Assembly: GCA_036787395.1 (NCBI GenBank)
Contig: DAIQPL010000003.1
Span: 1-41,947 of the forward strand
From: Flavisolibacter sp.
GTDB lineage: Bacteria; Bacteroidota; Bacteroidia; Chitinophagales; Chitinophagaceae
Length of the DNA: 41,947 nucleotides
Direction of reading: 5' to 3'
Shown here: positions 1 through 9,318 of the stretch, piece after piece
How positions within the stretch are numbered: the first letter of the stretch is position 1
Layout of the letters: the number at the start of each line of letters is the position of its first letter
The notes under the pieces: model-generated
Told to the model about the DNA's origin: nothing
Database searches by the model: none
The model's input: only the letters and a program-made list of their open reading frames with translations
Made by a program: the position numbers and the translations under genes

Positions 1-1845
1 TCCACTTGGGTTCACCTCGCCAAACAAAGCATCCACCATAGCATAACCACCTTCCTGCCCCAGGTACCAACATTGCATTACAGCAGGTACTGCTTCTACT
101 AAATTACCAATGCTTAAGGGAGGGCCGCTATTGACGAAGGCACAGGTTGGTTTTCCAACCGCAACAATTTCTTCAATCAGATCATTCTGGCCATTCAACA
201 ATTCAAGTGTGGGAAGATCGCCCAGATGATTAGCAGCCCACCCTTCACGGCTGGTACTTTCATTTCCTCCAACAAATAACACAACAACATCTGCCTGCCT
301 GGCTATATCAACCGCATCTTTAATATTTTTTGCATTTTCTTTCGGATCAGCAAGGCTGATTGTATCAGCAAACCAATTGTTTTTATCAGTAATCTTTATG
401 CCTTCAGCAAATAGTACCTTGATATCCTTCCCATACTTTTCCTGTATAGCCTGCAATGGAGAAATACATGTCCTCGGTTTACTGGAATAACCACCAAGCA
501 AACACTTGTCTGCATTAGGACCAATAAAAGCAATGGTCTTTATTTTAGTCTTGTCAAGCGGCAAAAAATTATTTTCGTTTTTGAGTAAAACCATCGCCTC
601 TGTTGCAGCCTTGTAAGCCACTGTTCTTTTTTGAGGGCTTCCCACAATTTCCTCAGCCTTATCTGCATCAACATAGGGGTCATCAAATAATCGCAGTCGA
701 AATTTTGTTATAAGTATTCTTGTTACTACTTCATCAAGTTCCTTTACAGTGATTTTTCCATTGGTAACGTATTGCTTCAGATTTTTGAAGCCTCCGGGAT
801 CTGGTGTTTCCATATCTACACCTGCCTTAAATGCAAGAAGGCCTGCCTCATCTACTGAAGGCGTGATCTTGTGCAAAGTGCTCACATCATTTACAGCGAA
901 ATAATCGGAAACAAGGAGGCCATTAAAGCCCCACTCTTTTCTTAGTATGTCCTTCAGCAGGTATTTATTGATATGTGCAGGCAATCCCCACAACTCATTA
1001 TACGTTGCCATCACGTTCATCACTTTTGCTTCCCTGACCGCTGCCTGGAAGGGCTTGAAAAAAATTTCCCTTGCTGTGCGTTCGTCTATATTGCTGGGAG
1101 AGACATTCAATCCTCCCTCGCTTTGTCCATGAATACCAAAATGCTTCAGTGTAGCAGCTACTTTATTCTTATCCAGGTAAACAGTGTTTCCCTGGTATGC
1201 CTTTACCTGCGCCACTGCAAGCCGTGAAATCAAATACGGATCTTCACCCATGGTTTCTTCTGTTCTTCCCCAACGTGGGTCTCTTGTAACATCTACCACA
1301 GGAGCGAGTACATGTTGTCCTCCTCTTGCTCTTACTTCTTCAGCAACGTTTGTATAAATCTCAGTCATCAGGCCTTCGTTCCAGGTGCTGGCTAAACCAA
1401 TTGGAACAGGAAAATTTGTAGCATCCTGTGTTTGCTGTCCATGTAACGATTCCTCGTGAACCATTACAGGAATACCGAGCCTTGTTTTTTCTATGAAGTA
1501 TTTCTGGATTTTGTTATACAATTCTGCTGCTTGCTGCGGATGATATCCGTAACTATTTGGACCTGCATTTTCATTTAGTCTCGCCAGTTCACCTAACCCA
1601 TTCTTCAATGGTTGCTCAGCTTTAATAGGATCAAAATTTCCACTGTTGTCAAGAATGGTTGACTTCTGGATCCAAAGACATTGTGTTTGCATCAGTTTTT
1701 CATCAACGGTCATTCGTGCAAGCAGGTCCTTTGCTCTTACCTCCGGTGAAAGAATTTTATTCTTATAGGGCGGTGTTTGAGAAAAAGCTGTAAGCTGCAT
1801 TCCGCCCAGGGCAGATGCAAGAAAAAAAATTGCTATTTTTTTCAT
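1..1845 (-). CDS. GH3 glycoside hydrolase (probable beta-xylosidase/beta-glucosidase), runs off the window start
   Basis: Not in the ORF track. Manual translation from ATG at 1845 gives MKKIAIFFLASALGGMQLTAFSQTPPYKN... (signal peptide) and GH3 motifs DPRWGRTEETMGEDP, KHF and WGFNGLLVSDY (nucleophile Asp). Directly downstream of the SSS gene. Confidence 0.92.
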   Translation of the reverse strand, partial: MKKIAIFFLASALGGMQLTAFSQTPPYKNKILSPEVRAKDLLARMTVDEKLMQTQCLWIQKSTILDNSGNFDPIKAEQPLKNGLGELARLNENAGPNSYGYHPQQAAELYNKIQKYFIEKTRLGIPVMVHEESLHGQQTQDATNFPVPIGLASTWNEGLMTEIYTNVAEEVRARGGQHVLAPVVDVTRDPRWGRTEETMGEDPYLISRLAVAQVKAYQGNTVYLDKNKVAATLKHFGIHGQSEGGLNVSPSNIDERTAREIFFKPFQAAVREAKVMNVMATYNELWGLPAHINKYLLKDILRKEWGFNGLLVSDYFAVNDVSTLHKITPSVDEAGLLAFKAGVDMETPDPGGFKNLKQYVTNGKITVKELDEVVTRILITKFRLRLFDDPYVDADKAEEIVGSPQKRTVAYKAATEAMVLLKNENNFLPLDKTKIKTIAFIGPNADKCLLGGYSSKPRTCISPLQAIQEKYGKDIKVLFAEGIKITDKNNWFADTISLADPKENAKNIKDAVDIARQADVVVLFVGGNESTSREGWAANHLGDLPTLELLNGQNDLIEEIVAVGKPTCAFVNSGPPLSIGNLVEAVPAVMQCWYLGQEGGYAMVDALFGEVNPSG

Positions 1846-1849
1846 TGTA

Positions 1850-3502
1850 TTATTTGGCTATACCCAATGGTGAGAAGTAAACAAATATTGAAATGATAAT
1901 AATTAAAACGATCAAAGAAAGTATGACATCTTTTGCATTCCAGCTGGCGCGGCTTTCTGTCCTATCTTTCGCAACGGTTGTAGAGAATGTTAGACCTCTC
2001 AATTGTTCTTCTGTTGGTTTTGGAGTAATAAAACTCACAAATACCATCACTGCTACGGAGAAAAGGAAAAGATAAATACAGAAATAAAGAAAGTTCCAGG
2101 TTCCGAATTGGTATACCAGCGAATCAGGATTAAACTCGTCTTTAAAAATCTGGCAAATCAATTTCGCAATTCCAATAATAAATCCTGAAATCATTGCAGT
2201 GAAAGCACCTTGTGCGGTCAGCCGTTTGAAAAATACACCCAACAAAAATGCAGCTGTAATTGGCGGAGCCAGGTAACTCTGTACACTTTGAAGATAGTCG
2301 TACAATCCACTGTTTACCCTTCTCATAACAGGTATCCATACCATTCCTAATAACACAATTATTGCTGTCGCGATCCTTCCAACTTTCACCAATTGCCTTT
2401 CATTCGCTTCAGGGTGTTGCTTCTTATAGATATCAATTGTATACAAAGTTGAACATGCATTATACACCGAAGCCAGGGAGCTCATTAAAGCCGCGAGCAA
2501 GCCTCCGGCGAGCAAGCCTCTCAATCCAACCGGCATAATCGTTCTCACCATGGCAGGAAATGTTGCATTAAAATTGGTAGATCCGTCACTATTCAGTGGC
2601 AGATCAATTTTACCCTGCGTAAACAATACATAACCGATAAGACCCGGAATCAAAAAAATGAAAAAAGGCAACAACTTCAGATAGGCAGCAAATATGGTTC
2701 CCCTTCTTGCCTCCGTTTCATTTCTAGCTGCAAGACATCGCTGCACAATATGCTGGTCCGTACACCAATACCAGATTCCAACAATGGGCGATGCAAACAA
2801 TATTCCAAGCCAGGGATAATCAGGATCGCTTAGTGGACGAAACATATTCAACTGTTCTTTAGGTACCGCATTCATCAAAGCCTGCCATCCACCTACTTCA
2901 TTCAATCCATACACCATTAATACAGCGGAACCCAACAACAACACGATCGCCTGCACCGCTTCCGTATACATGACGGCGTGCAATCCACCAAGCACGGTAT
3001 AAACTCCGGTTACCAGTACCAATACAATGGCCCCAGTCCAGAAATCAACTCCGAGGATTTGATTGAATACGATGGCGCCGGCATAAATTGTAACAGCAGC
3101 TTTTGCTATCACATAACTCAATAACTGAATGATCGAAAGCAGTCTTCTTGCTTGAGGATTAAATCGCTTTTCCAGGAATTCGGGCATGGTATACACCTTG
3201 CTTCTTAAATAAAAAGGAACGAAGACCCAGCCAAGTGTCAGCACCAGATAGGAATGCAATTCATAGTGCCCTAATACAGTACCGGATTTGGCTGCGGAAC
3301 CTGCTAATCCAACAATATGTTCACTTCCTACATTTGATGCCAGTATGGACGCACCAATAACCCACCAGCCAAGATTTCTGTTAGCCAGGAAATAATCTGA
3401 TGTTGTATTTTTCGTCTTGCGAATACTCCAGACAGAAACAGCAGCAATAACTAAAAGGTAAAGAACTACAAAAAGGATATCCGTCGTTCCGAGAAAATGC
3501 AT
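1850..3502 (-). CDS. Sodium:solute symporter (SSS/SGLT family), probable xylose/xyloside transporter
   Basis: Multi-TM protein with DYFLANR, ASNVGSEHIVGLAG, WYWCTDQHIVQRCLAA and AALMSSL motifs; lies between xylA and GH3. Confidence 0.9.
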   Translation of the reverse strand: MHFLGTTDILFVVLYLLVIAAVSVWSIRKTKNTTSDYFLANRNLGWWVIGASILASNVGSEHIVGLAGSAAKSGTVLGHYELHSYLVLTLGWVFVPFYLRSKVYTMPEFLEKRFNPQARRLLSIIQLLSYVIAKAAVTIYAGAIVFNQILGVDFWTGAIVLVLVTGVYTVLGGLHAVMYTEAVQAIVLLLGSAVLMVYGLNEVGGWQALMNAVPKEQLNMFRPLSDPDYPWLGILFASPIVGIWYWCTDQHIVQRCLAARNETEARRGTIFAAYLKLLPFFIFLIPGLIGYVLFTQGKIDLPLNSDGSTNFNATFPAMVRTIMPVGLRGLLAGGLLAALMSSLASVYNACSTLYTIDIYKKQHPEANERQLVKVGRIATAIIVLLGMVWIPVMRRVNSGLYDYLQSVQSYLAPPITAAFLLGVFFKRLTAQGAFTAMISGFIIGIAKLICQIFKDEFNPDSLVYQFGTWNFLYFCIYLFLFSVAVMVFVSFITPKPTEEQLRGLTFSTTVAKDRTESRASWNAKDVILSLIVLIIIISIFVYFSPLGIAK

Positions 3503-3530
3503 GGCAGTTGGTTTTGTTTATAAAGAATGA

Positions 3531-4859
3531 TCAAATGTATCGGTTAATAATATTTTCAAGCCATTCCTGCCTGCCGCTTCTTATTTCGGGCTCACCATGC
3601 TGTATGGCATACTGTCTTAGGTCCTCCAGCGATAATCTTCCTTCTTCAAAATCTTTTCCTTCTCCGCTATCAAAACTTGCATATCGTTCTTCCCTGAATT
3701 TCCTGTACTCTGACTGCTGAAGAATTTTGTCTGCTGTTACCAGCGCTCTTGCAAACGTATCCATGCCGCCTATATGTGCATGAAAAAGGTCTTGTGGATC
3801 GGTAGAATTGCGCCTGATCTTTGCATCGAAGTTGATACCTCCGCCGGCCAACCCACCTGCCTCAAGTATTACCAACATAGCCTCTGTGAGTTCGTTGAGG
3901 TTATTGGGAAACTGGTCCGTATCCCAGCCATTTTGGTAATCACCCCTATTGGCGTCCATAGATCCAAGCAAGCCTGCATCTGCTGCAGCCTGCAGTTCGT
4001 GTTGAAACGTGTGACCTGCCAGGGTAGCATGGTTTACTTCAATGTTTAATTTAAAATCGTTTAAGAGATCATATTGCCTTAGAAAACCAATTACTGTTTC
4101 TGTGTCATAATCATATTGATGCTTGGTGGGTTCCATAGGTTTTGGCTCAATAAAAAAGGTTCCTTTAAAGCCACTTTTTCTTGCATAGTCTTTGGCAGTG
4201 TGAAGGAAACGGGCGAGGTGCTCTTTTTCTCTTTTCATGTTCGTGTTCAGAAGACTCATGTATCCTTCCCTTCCTCCCCAGAACACATAATTTTCGCCCC
4301 CTAACTCAATAGTAGCATCAAGGGCTGCCTTTACCTGTGCACCGGCATGTGAAAGCACATGAAAGTCCGGATTAGTGGCAGCACCATTCATATATCTTTT
4401 ATGAGAGAAAAGGTTGGCAGTGCCCCACAATAGTTTCACTCCTGTTTCGGCTTGCTTTTCCTTAAGATAAGTGGTGATTGATTGCAAGCGTTTTTCATTT
4501 TCTCTTATATCATCAGTGTAGTCAACAGCGTCCACATCGTGAAAGCAGTAGTAAGGTAGACCCAGTTTGGTGATGAATTCAAAGGCTGCATCTGCCTTGG
4601 CATAAGCTCTTTCAATGGGACCGGAGGCCTCATCCCATGGGAATATATGCGTAGCTCCGCCAAATGGATCGCCTCCATTGTTATTAAAAGAATGCCAATA
4701 AGCACACGAAAAACGCAAATGCTCCTTCATTGTTTTTCCACCTACCACCTTATTCGCATCATACCAGCGGAATGCTAAAGCATTATCGCTTGCCGGACCC
4801 TCATACTCTATAGGTGAAATGGATTTGAAATAGGTTTTTGTTTTAGATACTACTTCCAT
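3531..4859 (-). CDS. xylA: Xylose isomerase (class II)
   Basis: Motifs [36 protein letters not shown] and NFDAK. Confidence 0.98.
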   Translation of the reverse strand: MEVVSKTKTYFKSISPIEYEGPASDNALAFRWYDANKVVGGKTMKEHLRFSCAYWHSFNNNGGDPFGGATHIFPWDEASGPIERAYAKADAAFEFITKLGLPYYCFHDVDAVDYTDDIRENEKRLQSITTYLKEKQAETGVKLLWGTANLFSHKRYMNGAATNPDFHVLSHAGAQVKAALDATIELGGENYVFWGGREGYMSLLNTNMKREKEHLARFLHTAKDYARKSGFKGTFFIEPKPMEPTKHQYDYDTETVIGFLRQYDLLNDFKLNIEVNHATLAGHTFQHELQAAADAGLLGSMDANRGDYQNGWDTDQFPNNLNELTEAMLVILEAGGLAGGGINFDAKIRRNSTDPQDLFHAHIGGMDTFARALVTADKILQQSEYRKFREERYASFDSGEGKDFEEGRLSLEDLRQYAIQHGEPEIRSGRQEWLENIINRYI

Positions 4860-5145
4860 TATTAATTGTTTTATTGTTATTCATATAGCACTGAATCGAA
4901 TTTTATAGCTTTTGTAATTGCATATCCCGTCAGCTTTATTAACCATTATGCGTTTATTACTGTCTGAAAAGGTTTTTAATGGGTATTGATGAAGTTACAT
5001 TCGAGAAAACTATTTTCCTGCTATTATCATAATGCAGATATAGTATTATCCGCTTCTTTGCGATTGATGAATAAAGAAGAGTAAGAATATTTTTTACAGC
5101 AAGCATTATTAAAAAATTCTGGCTAATGTAGTACTTTTTTTAAAT

Positions 5146-5161
5146 GTGCAACCGATTGCAC
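5146..5161. promoter_or_regulatory. Putative LacI-family operator
   Basis: Near-palindrome GTGCAACCGATTGCAC with central CG, in the divergent xylA/lacI intergenic region. Confidence 0.75.
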
Positions 5162-5214
5162 GATTATTTTAAAATAAACTACTTTAGCCTTATTGTAAAC
5201 AAGTAAACCATTGT

Positions 5215-6249
5215 ATGGAGAAGGGAAAAGAAACAACTATATATGATATTGCCAAAAAACTCAACATTTCACCGGCTACTGTAAGCCGCGGACTTAAAGA
5301 TCATCCAAGCATTAGCAAAAAAACTAAAAAGAAAATTTTTGATATGGTGGATGCCATGGGTTACCGGTCCAATCACTTTGCCCGGAACCTTAGGCAACAA
5401 CAAACTAATACAATAGGTGTAATTGTTCATGAACTGAAAAGCAATTTTATTACCTCCGTTCTCGCCGGCATCGAAAAAGTAGCCACGGAAGCCGGTTACG
5501 ATATGATCATTACCCACTCATCTGAAAGTGCTGTTAAGGAAGCCGCTAATGCAAAAAACCTGTTTCATAAAAGAGTAGATGGACTCATTGCTTCTCTTTC
5601 CTTTGATACTACCAATCTGGATCACTTTAAACCCTTCATTGAGAAAAAAGTCCCGGTCATATTTTTTGACCGTGTAGAACAGAACACAACGAACAGTGTT
5701 GTCATCATTGATAATGCCAAATGTGGATACCTTGCTACCAAACATCTTATTGATCAGGGATGCAAAAGAATTGCCCACGTTACTTCAAGCTTAAAACGAA
5801 ATGTTTATTCGCAGCGTTTCAAAGGATACCAGGATGCTTTGTTTGATCATGGCATTCCATTAGACGAAAAACTTTTGCTTGTGAATGATCTTAGTGAAAA
5901 TGCAGGTATTGAAGCGGCGCTTAAAATTTTAAAAATGAAGCACAGACCGGACGGAATTTTTATAACTAATGATTTCGTGGCAGCTGTTTGTATGCGCACC
6001 TTAAAGGAGAATGGAATAAGAATACCGGAAGATATGGCCATTGTGGGGTTTAATAATGATACCATTAGTAAACTCGTAGAGCCGGCTCTCACCACAATCA
6101 ACTACCCTGGTGTAGATATGGGTGAAATAGCTGCCCGGAACCTCATTAACCATTTAAAAGGAATCAGCAATATTCACCAAACAGAAACAATTATTATACA
6201 CTCTGAACTTATTGTAAGAAATTCTTCTTTAAAGAAAGGAACAGTTTAG
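5215..6249 (+). CDS. LacI-family transcriptional regulator (probable xylan/xylose regulator)
   Basis: N-terminal HTH TIYDIAKKLNISPATVSRGL, hinge YRSNHFARNL, periplasmic-binding-like core, PALTTI. Confidence 0.95.
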   Translation: MEKGKETTIYDIAKKLNISPATVSRGLKDHPSISKKTKKKIFDMVDAMGYRSNHFARNLRQQQTNTIGVIVHELKSNFITSVLAGIEKVATEAGYDMIITHSSESAVKEAANAKNLFHKRVDGLIASLSFDTTNLDHFKPFIEKKVPVIFFDRVEQNTTNSVVIIDNAKCGYLATKHLIDQGCKRIAHVTSSLKRNVYSQRFKGYQDALFDHGIPLDEKLLLVNDLSENAGIEAALKILKMKHRPDGIFITNDFVAAVCMRTLKENGIRIPEDMAIVGFNNDTISKLVEPALTTINYPGVDMGEIAARNLINHLKGISNIHQTETIIIHSELIVRNSSLKKGTV

Positions 6250-6339
6250 ATTTTTTAATAAAGCGCTCAAGGGTGTTGAATGCTCTATAAGTTCAAAATA
6301 ATACTGCGACTTGCTTTATCATAAAAACGAATTGTAATT

Positions 6340-7440
6340 ATGAAAAAAATTTTAGGTATAGGATATATTTTACTTCTTCATTCCTGCACCGGGAGTAAAC
6401 AGGTGCAAACACAGAATCTTTCTTCCAATGATTCTACCAGGGGTTTAAAAGATTATTACACCGCTTATTTTCCTGTTGGCGTAGCTGTTTCACCACGGGC
6501 TTTAAAAACTAACGAGGCGAACCTGATTTTACAACAGTTTAATAGTCTCACTCCCGAAAACGCCATGAAGATGGGGCCAATTCATCCCCGGGAAAATGAA
6601 TACTATTGGAAGGATGCGGATTCAATTATGGCTTTTGCACAAAGGAATAATTTAAAGGCAAGAGGTCACACCCTATGCTGGCATAATCAAACGCCCTCAT
6701 GGCTGTTTGTTGATAATAATGGTAAACCTGTTAGCAAAGACGTGTTGCTTCAACGATTGAAAGATCACATTACTAGCGTTGTGGGTCGGTACAAAGGGAA
6801 AATATATGCATGGGATGTGGTGAATGAAGCCATTTCAGATAAACCAGGTGAATACCTTCGCAATTCGCAGTGGCTGCAAATTTGTGGCGAGGAATATATT
6901 GCCAAAGCATTTGAGTATGCACACGAAGCCGACCCCGGTGCTCTATTATTTTACAACGATTATAATGAGATTAATGCAGTAAAGCGGGAAAAAATATACA
7001 GGCTTGTAAAAAGTTTGAAAGATGCAGGTGTGCCCATTCATGGGATAGGATTACAGGGACACTGGGCCGTCAATGAACCGTCGGAAGGACAATTGGATAG
7101 TACCTTGAAAACGTTTTCTGAATTGGGACTAAAACTCCAGATAACAGAATTGGATATTTCTGTTTATCCAAAAGAACATAATGCAAGAGAACGAAAGCCG
7201 GAAGATACGAACACTGCATTTACTAAAGAGAAAGAAGAAAAGCAATTGGAAGTTTATAAAATGTGTTTCAACCTTTTCCGGAAGTATAAAAAGGTGCTCT
7301 CCGGCGTTACTTTCTGGAACATATCGGACAGGAACAGTTGGTTAGACAATTTCCCTGTCCAGGGAAGAAAAGATTACCCGTTATTATTTGACAAAAACCT
7401 GGAACCAAAAAAAGCGTTTTGGGAAGTAGTGAAGTTTTAA
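6340..7440 (+). CDS. GH10 endo-1,4-beta-xylanase, lipoprotein
   Basis: TPENAMK, RGHTLCWH, WDVVNE (acid/base), ITELD (nucleophile); lipobox-like LHSC. Confidence 0.95.
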   Translation: MKKILGIGYILLLHSCTGSKQVQTQNLSSNDSTRGLKDYYTAYFPVGVAVSPRALKTNEANLILQQFNSLTPENAMKMGPIHPRENEYYWKDADSIMAFAQRNNLKARGHTLCWHNQTPSWLFVDNNGKPVSKDVLLQRLKDHITSVVGRYKGKIYAWDVVNEAISDKPGEYLRNSQWLQICGEEYIAKAFEYAHEADPGALLFYNDYNEINAVKREKIYRLVKSLKDAGVPIHGIGLQGHWAVNEPSEGQLDSTLKTFSELGLKLQITELDISVYPKEHNARERKPEDTNTAFTKEKEEKQLEVYKMCFNLFRKYKKVLSGVTFWNISDRNSWLDNFPVQGRKDYPLLFDKNLEPKKAFWEVVKF

Positions 7441-7696
7441 GTTCAGTTGTAACAAATACTATTTAAAAGCTCACACGATCCAAGATGTCTTTCTTTTGGA
7501 ATTATTTTAAATCCCTTCCTCTAAATAAATAATGATCGGCAGATCATATGAAGAGACAACGACTTACTAAAAACAAAGGATAGTTAATTTGCTATTCCTG
7601 TGTTGTAGACACCAGTCCTAATACTTTTTTATCTTGGCGGTTCACAAATAGCATAGACCGATTAAAGGATGGTCATGTATATTAATTTGGGCCGAA

Positions 7697-8110
7697 TTAT
7701 GATGTCTCAGTTCTATAAATCATAGCATCGGAAAGCATACAGTAACACGAAGACCATGCTTCTTTTACTTCTTCGTTCCAATCACTTCCTAACCCCTGCT
7801 GCAAGGTCCATAATAAAGCTGTACCCAACGATTGGTAATGCGTTGGCTCTACTCCATATTGCGTATGTCGTACCGCCAGTTCCCGTATTTCGTGACCGAC
7901 GCCATCTAAGGCGTCCAGGTGGCTGACTATATAGTTGAGCATCTCAACTAACTTTTTGGATTGCTCTTGTTTTGATTTTTTAAACATAAGTCGAAACGAA
8001 GGCCTGTCAGTAAATAACTTTTCATAAAACACATCGCCCACTAATACAGGGTCAATCTTTTGAAAAATCATCCATGTTTTTTTAACCAGATTAATCTGGT
8101 TGTTAGTCAT
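7697..8110 (-). CDS. Single-domain 3/3 globin (flavohemoglobin-like globin domain)
   Basis: FY (B10), Q (E7), LAVRH (F8 His), HY, ALLWTL...EAW. Start at 8110 preferred because it overlaps the upstream stop (ATGACTAA). Confidence 0.88.
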   Translation of the reverse strand: MTNNQINLVKKTWMIFQKIDPVLVGDVFYEKLFTDRPSFRLMFKKSKQEQSKKLVEMLNYIVSHLDALDGVGHEIRELAVRHTQYGVEPTHYQSLGTALLWTLQQGLGSDWNEEVKEAWSSCYCMLSDAMIYRTETS

Positions 8111-8540
8111 TGTGTTGATCATAAAACAGTTCATTGACGTTGGCTTTTGTCATTTCAACAGAAACCAAAGTGTAACAAGCTATCCAGGCTTCTTTTACTT
8201 CCTGGTCCCACATATCAGATAATCCCTTCTCTAAAGTCCACAACAAAGCTGCTCCTGCATTTGCATAATGGCGCTGCTGTGCACCATATGGTATGTGGCA
8301 CCGGGCCAACTCTTTTACCTTGTGTATGATATGCTCCAGTTTATTCAAACCTTCAACTACATAACTGATCATAGCAAATAACTTTGAAGATTGTTCCGGA
8401 ACAGGATTAGGAAAGAAGGGTTTTAATTCAGGAGCACCTTCTAGCAGGCGAGAATAAAAATGAGAAGCGACTATCTCGGAATCCAGCTGTTCCACCAGGT
8501 TCCATGTCCCTTTCACCAGACACATTTGCTTAATATTCAT
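8103..8540 (-). CDS. Single-domain 3/3 globin, tandem paralog
   Basis: FY, EQSSKL, LARCH, HY, ALLWTL...EAW. ATG 8540 aligns with the paralog N-terminus. Confidence 0.88.
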   Translation of the reverse strand: MNIKQMCLVKGTWNLVEQLDSEIVASHFYSRLLEGAPELKPFFPNPVPEQSSKLFAMISYVVEGLNKLEHIIHKVKELARCHIPYGAQQRHYANAGAALLWTLEKGLSDMWDQEVKEAWIACYTLVSVEMTKANVNELFYDQHND

Positions 8541-8710
8541 TGCAATTTTTGATAAAGTTTTATAGAACACTGCAAGACCGCAAACATTATCGGTTGAACC
8601 GTAGAAAATTGTTATTGAGTTGTTGAATGACGATGTGTGAGTAAGTTTGTTCTTAAATTAAGATTGAATAAGCCTGCACCCGCAAGCAAAAGTGAACCGT
8701 CAAGCTACAA

Positions 8711-9037
8711 TTAGTTTAACAGTACTATTTGTGAAAGGTCGCCGGGCAACAGTTTGATGCGTACTGTTTTGCCTTCCAGCCTACGATTTTTATTTTCCGT
8801 TAAGAAAGACGAGGAAAGATGCAGCTTTGTATCATCAGGAAGTTGAATACTAAGCTGGATGGGTATCAAAAAAAGCCCCGCAAATGACTTGTGTGCTCCA
8901 TAGACCCTTGTTACCATTGCATAAACGCAAATACCGTCCTTTAAAATCATACCCTGTTTCTCAACCAGTCTTAAAAACCGCATGCGCAACCTTTTTTCTC
9001 TCCACTGCTTCCAATATACGCGGTTGATAAATTGCAT
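8711..9037 (-). CDS. Hypothetical basic protein upstream of the globins
   Basis: 108-aa ORF with ATG start, co-oriented with the globins; no family recognised. Confidence 0.55.
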   Translation of the reverse strand: MQFINRVYWKQWREKRLRMRFLRLVEKQGMILKDGICVYAMVTRVYGAHKSFAGLFLIPIQLSIQLPDDTKLHLSSSFLTENKNRRLEGKTVRIKLLPGDLSQIVLLN

Positions 9038-9318
9038 AGCGCAAAGTTGTAATCAGCCGATGCCTGAAAAAAATATTACTCAGCGGATCGCTGAAACAAA
9101 CTAATAAAACGTTTATAAAAACTATCGAAGTGTTTTCTATGGTAATTCATAGGCCGGGCCGTTTCCTATTTATTATGGAAATTCAAAACAACCTTATTGA
9201 ATGTTTATTTTAAGAATACCGCTGGGGCGAACGCGACAATTTTTCCATCGCAAATTAAAACCCACCCTAACTTTAGGTCTTTAGCAATAAAGAAATTGCC
9301 TTAGAATACTTATTACCA

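Noticed and set aside
947..1227. Two short plus-strand ORFs
   Set aside because: Antisense to the GH3 gene that the ORF track missed.
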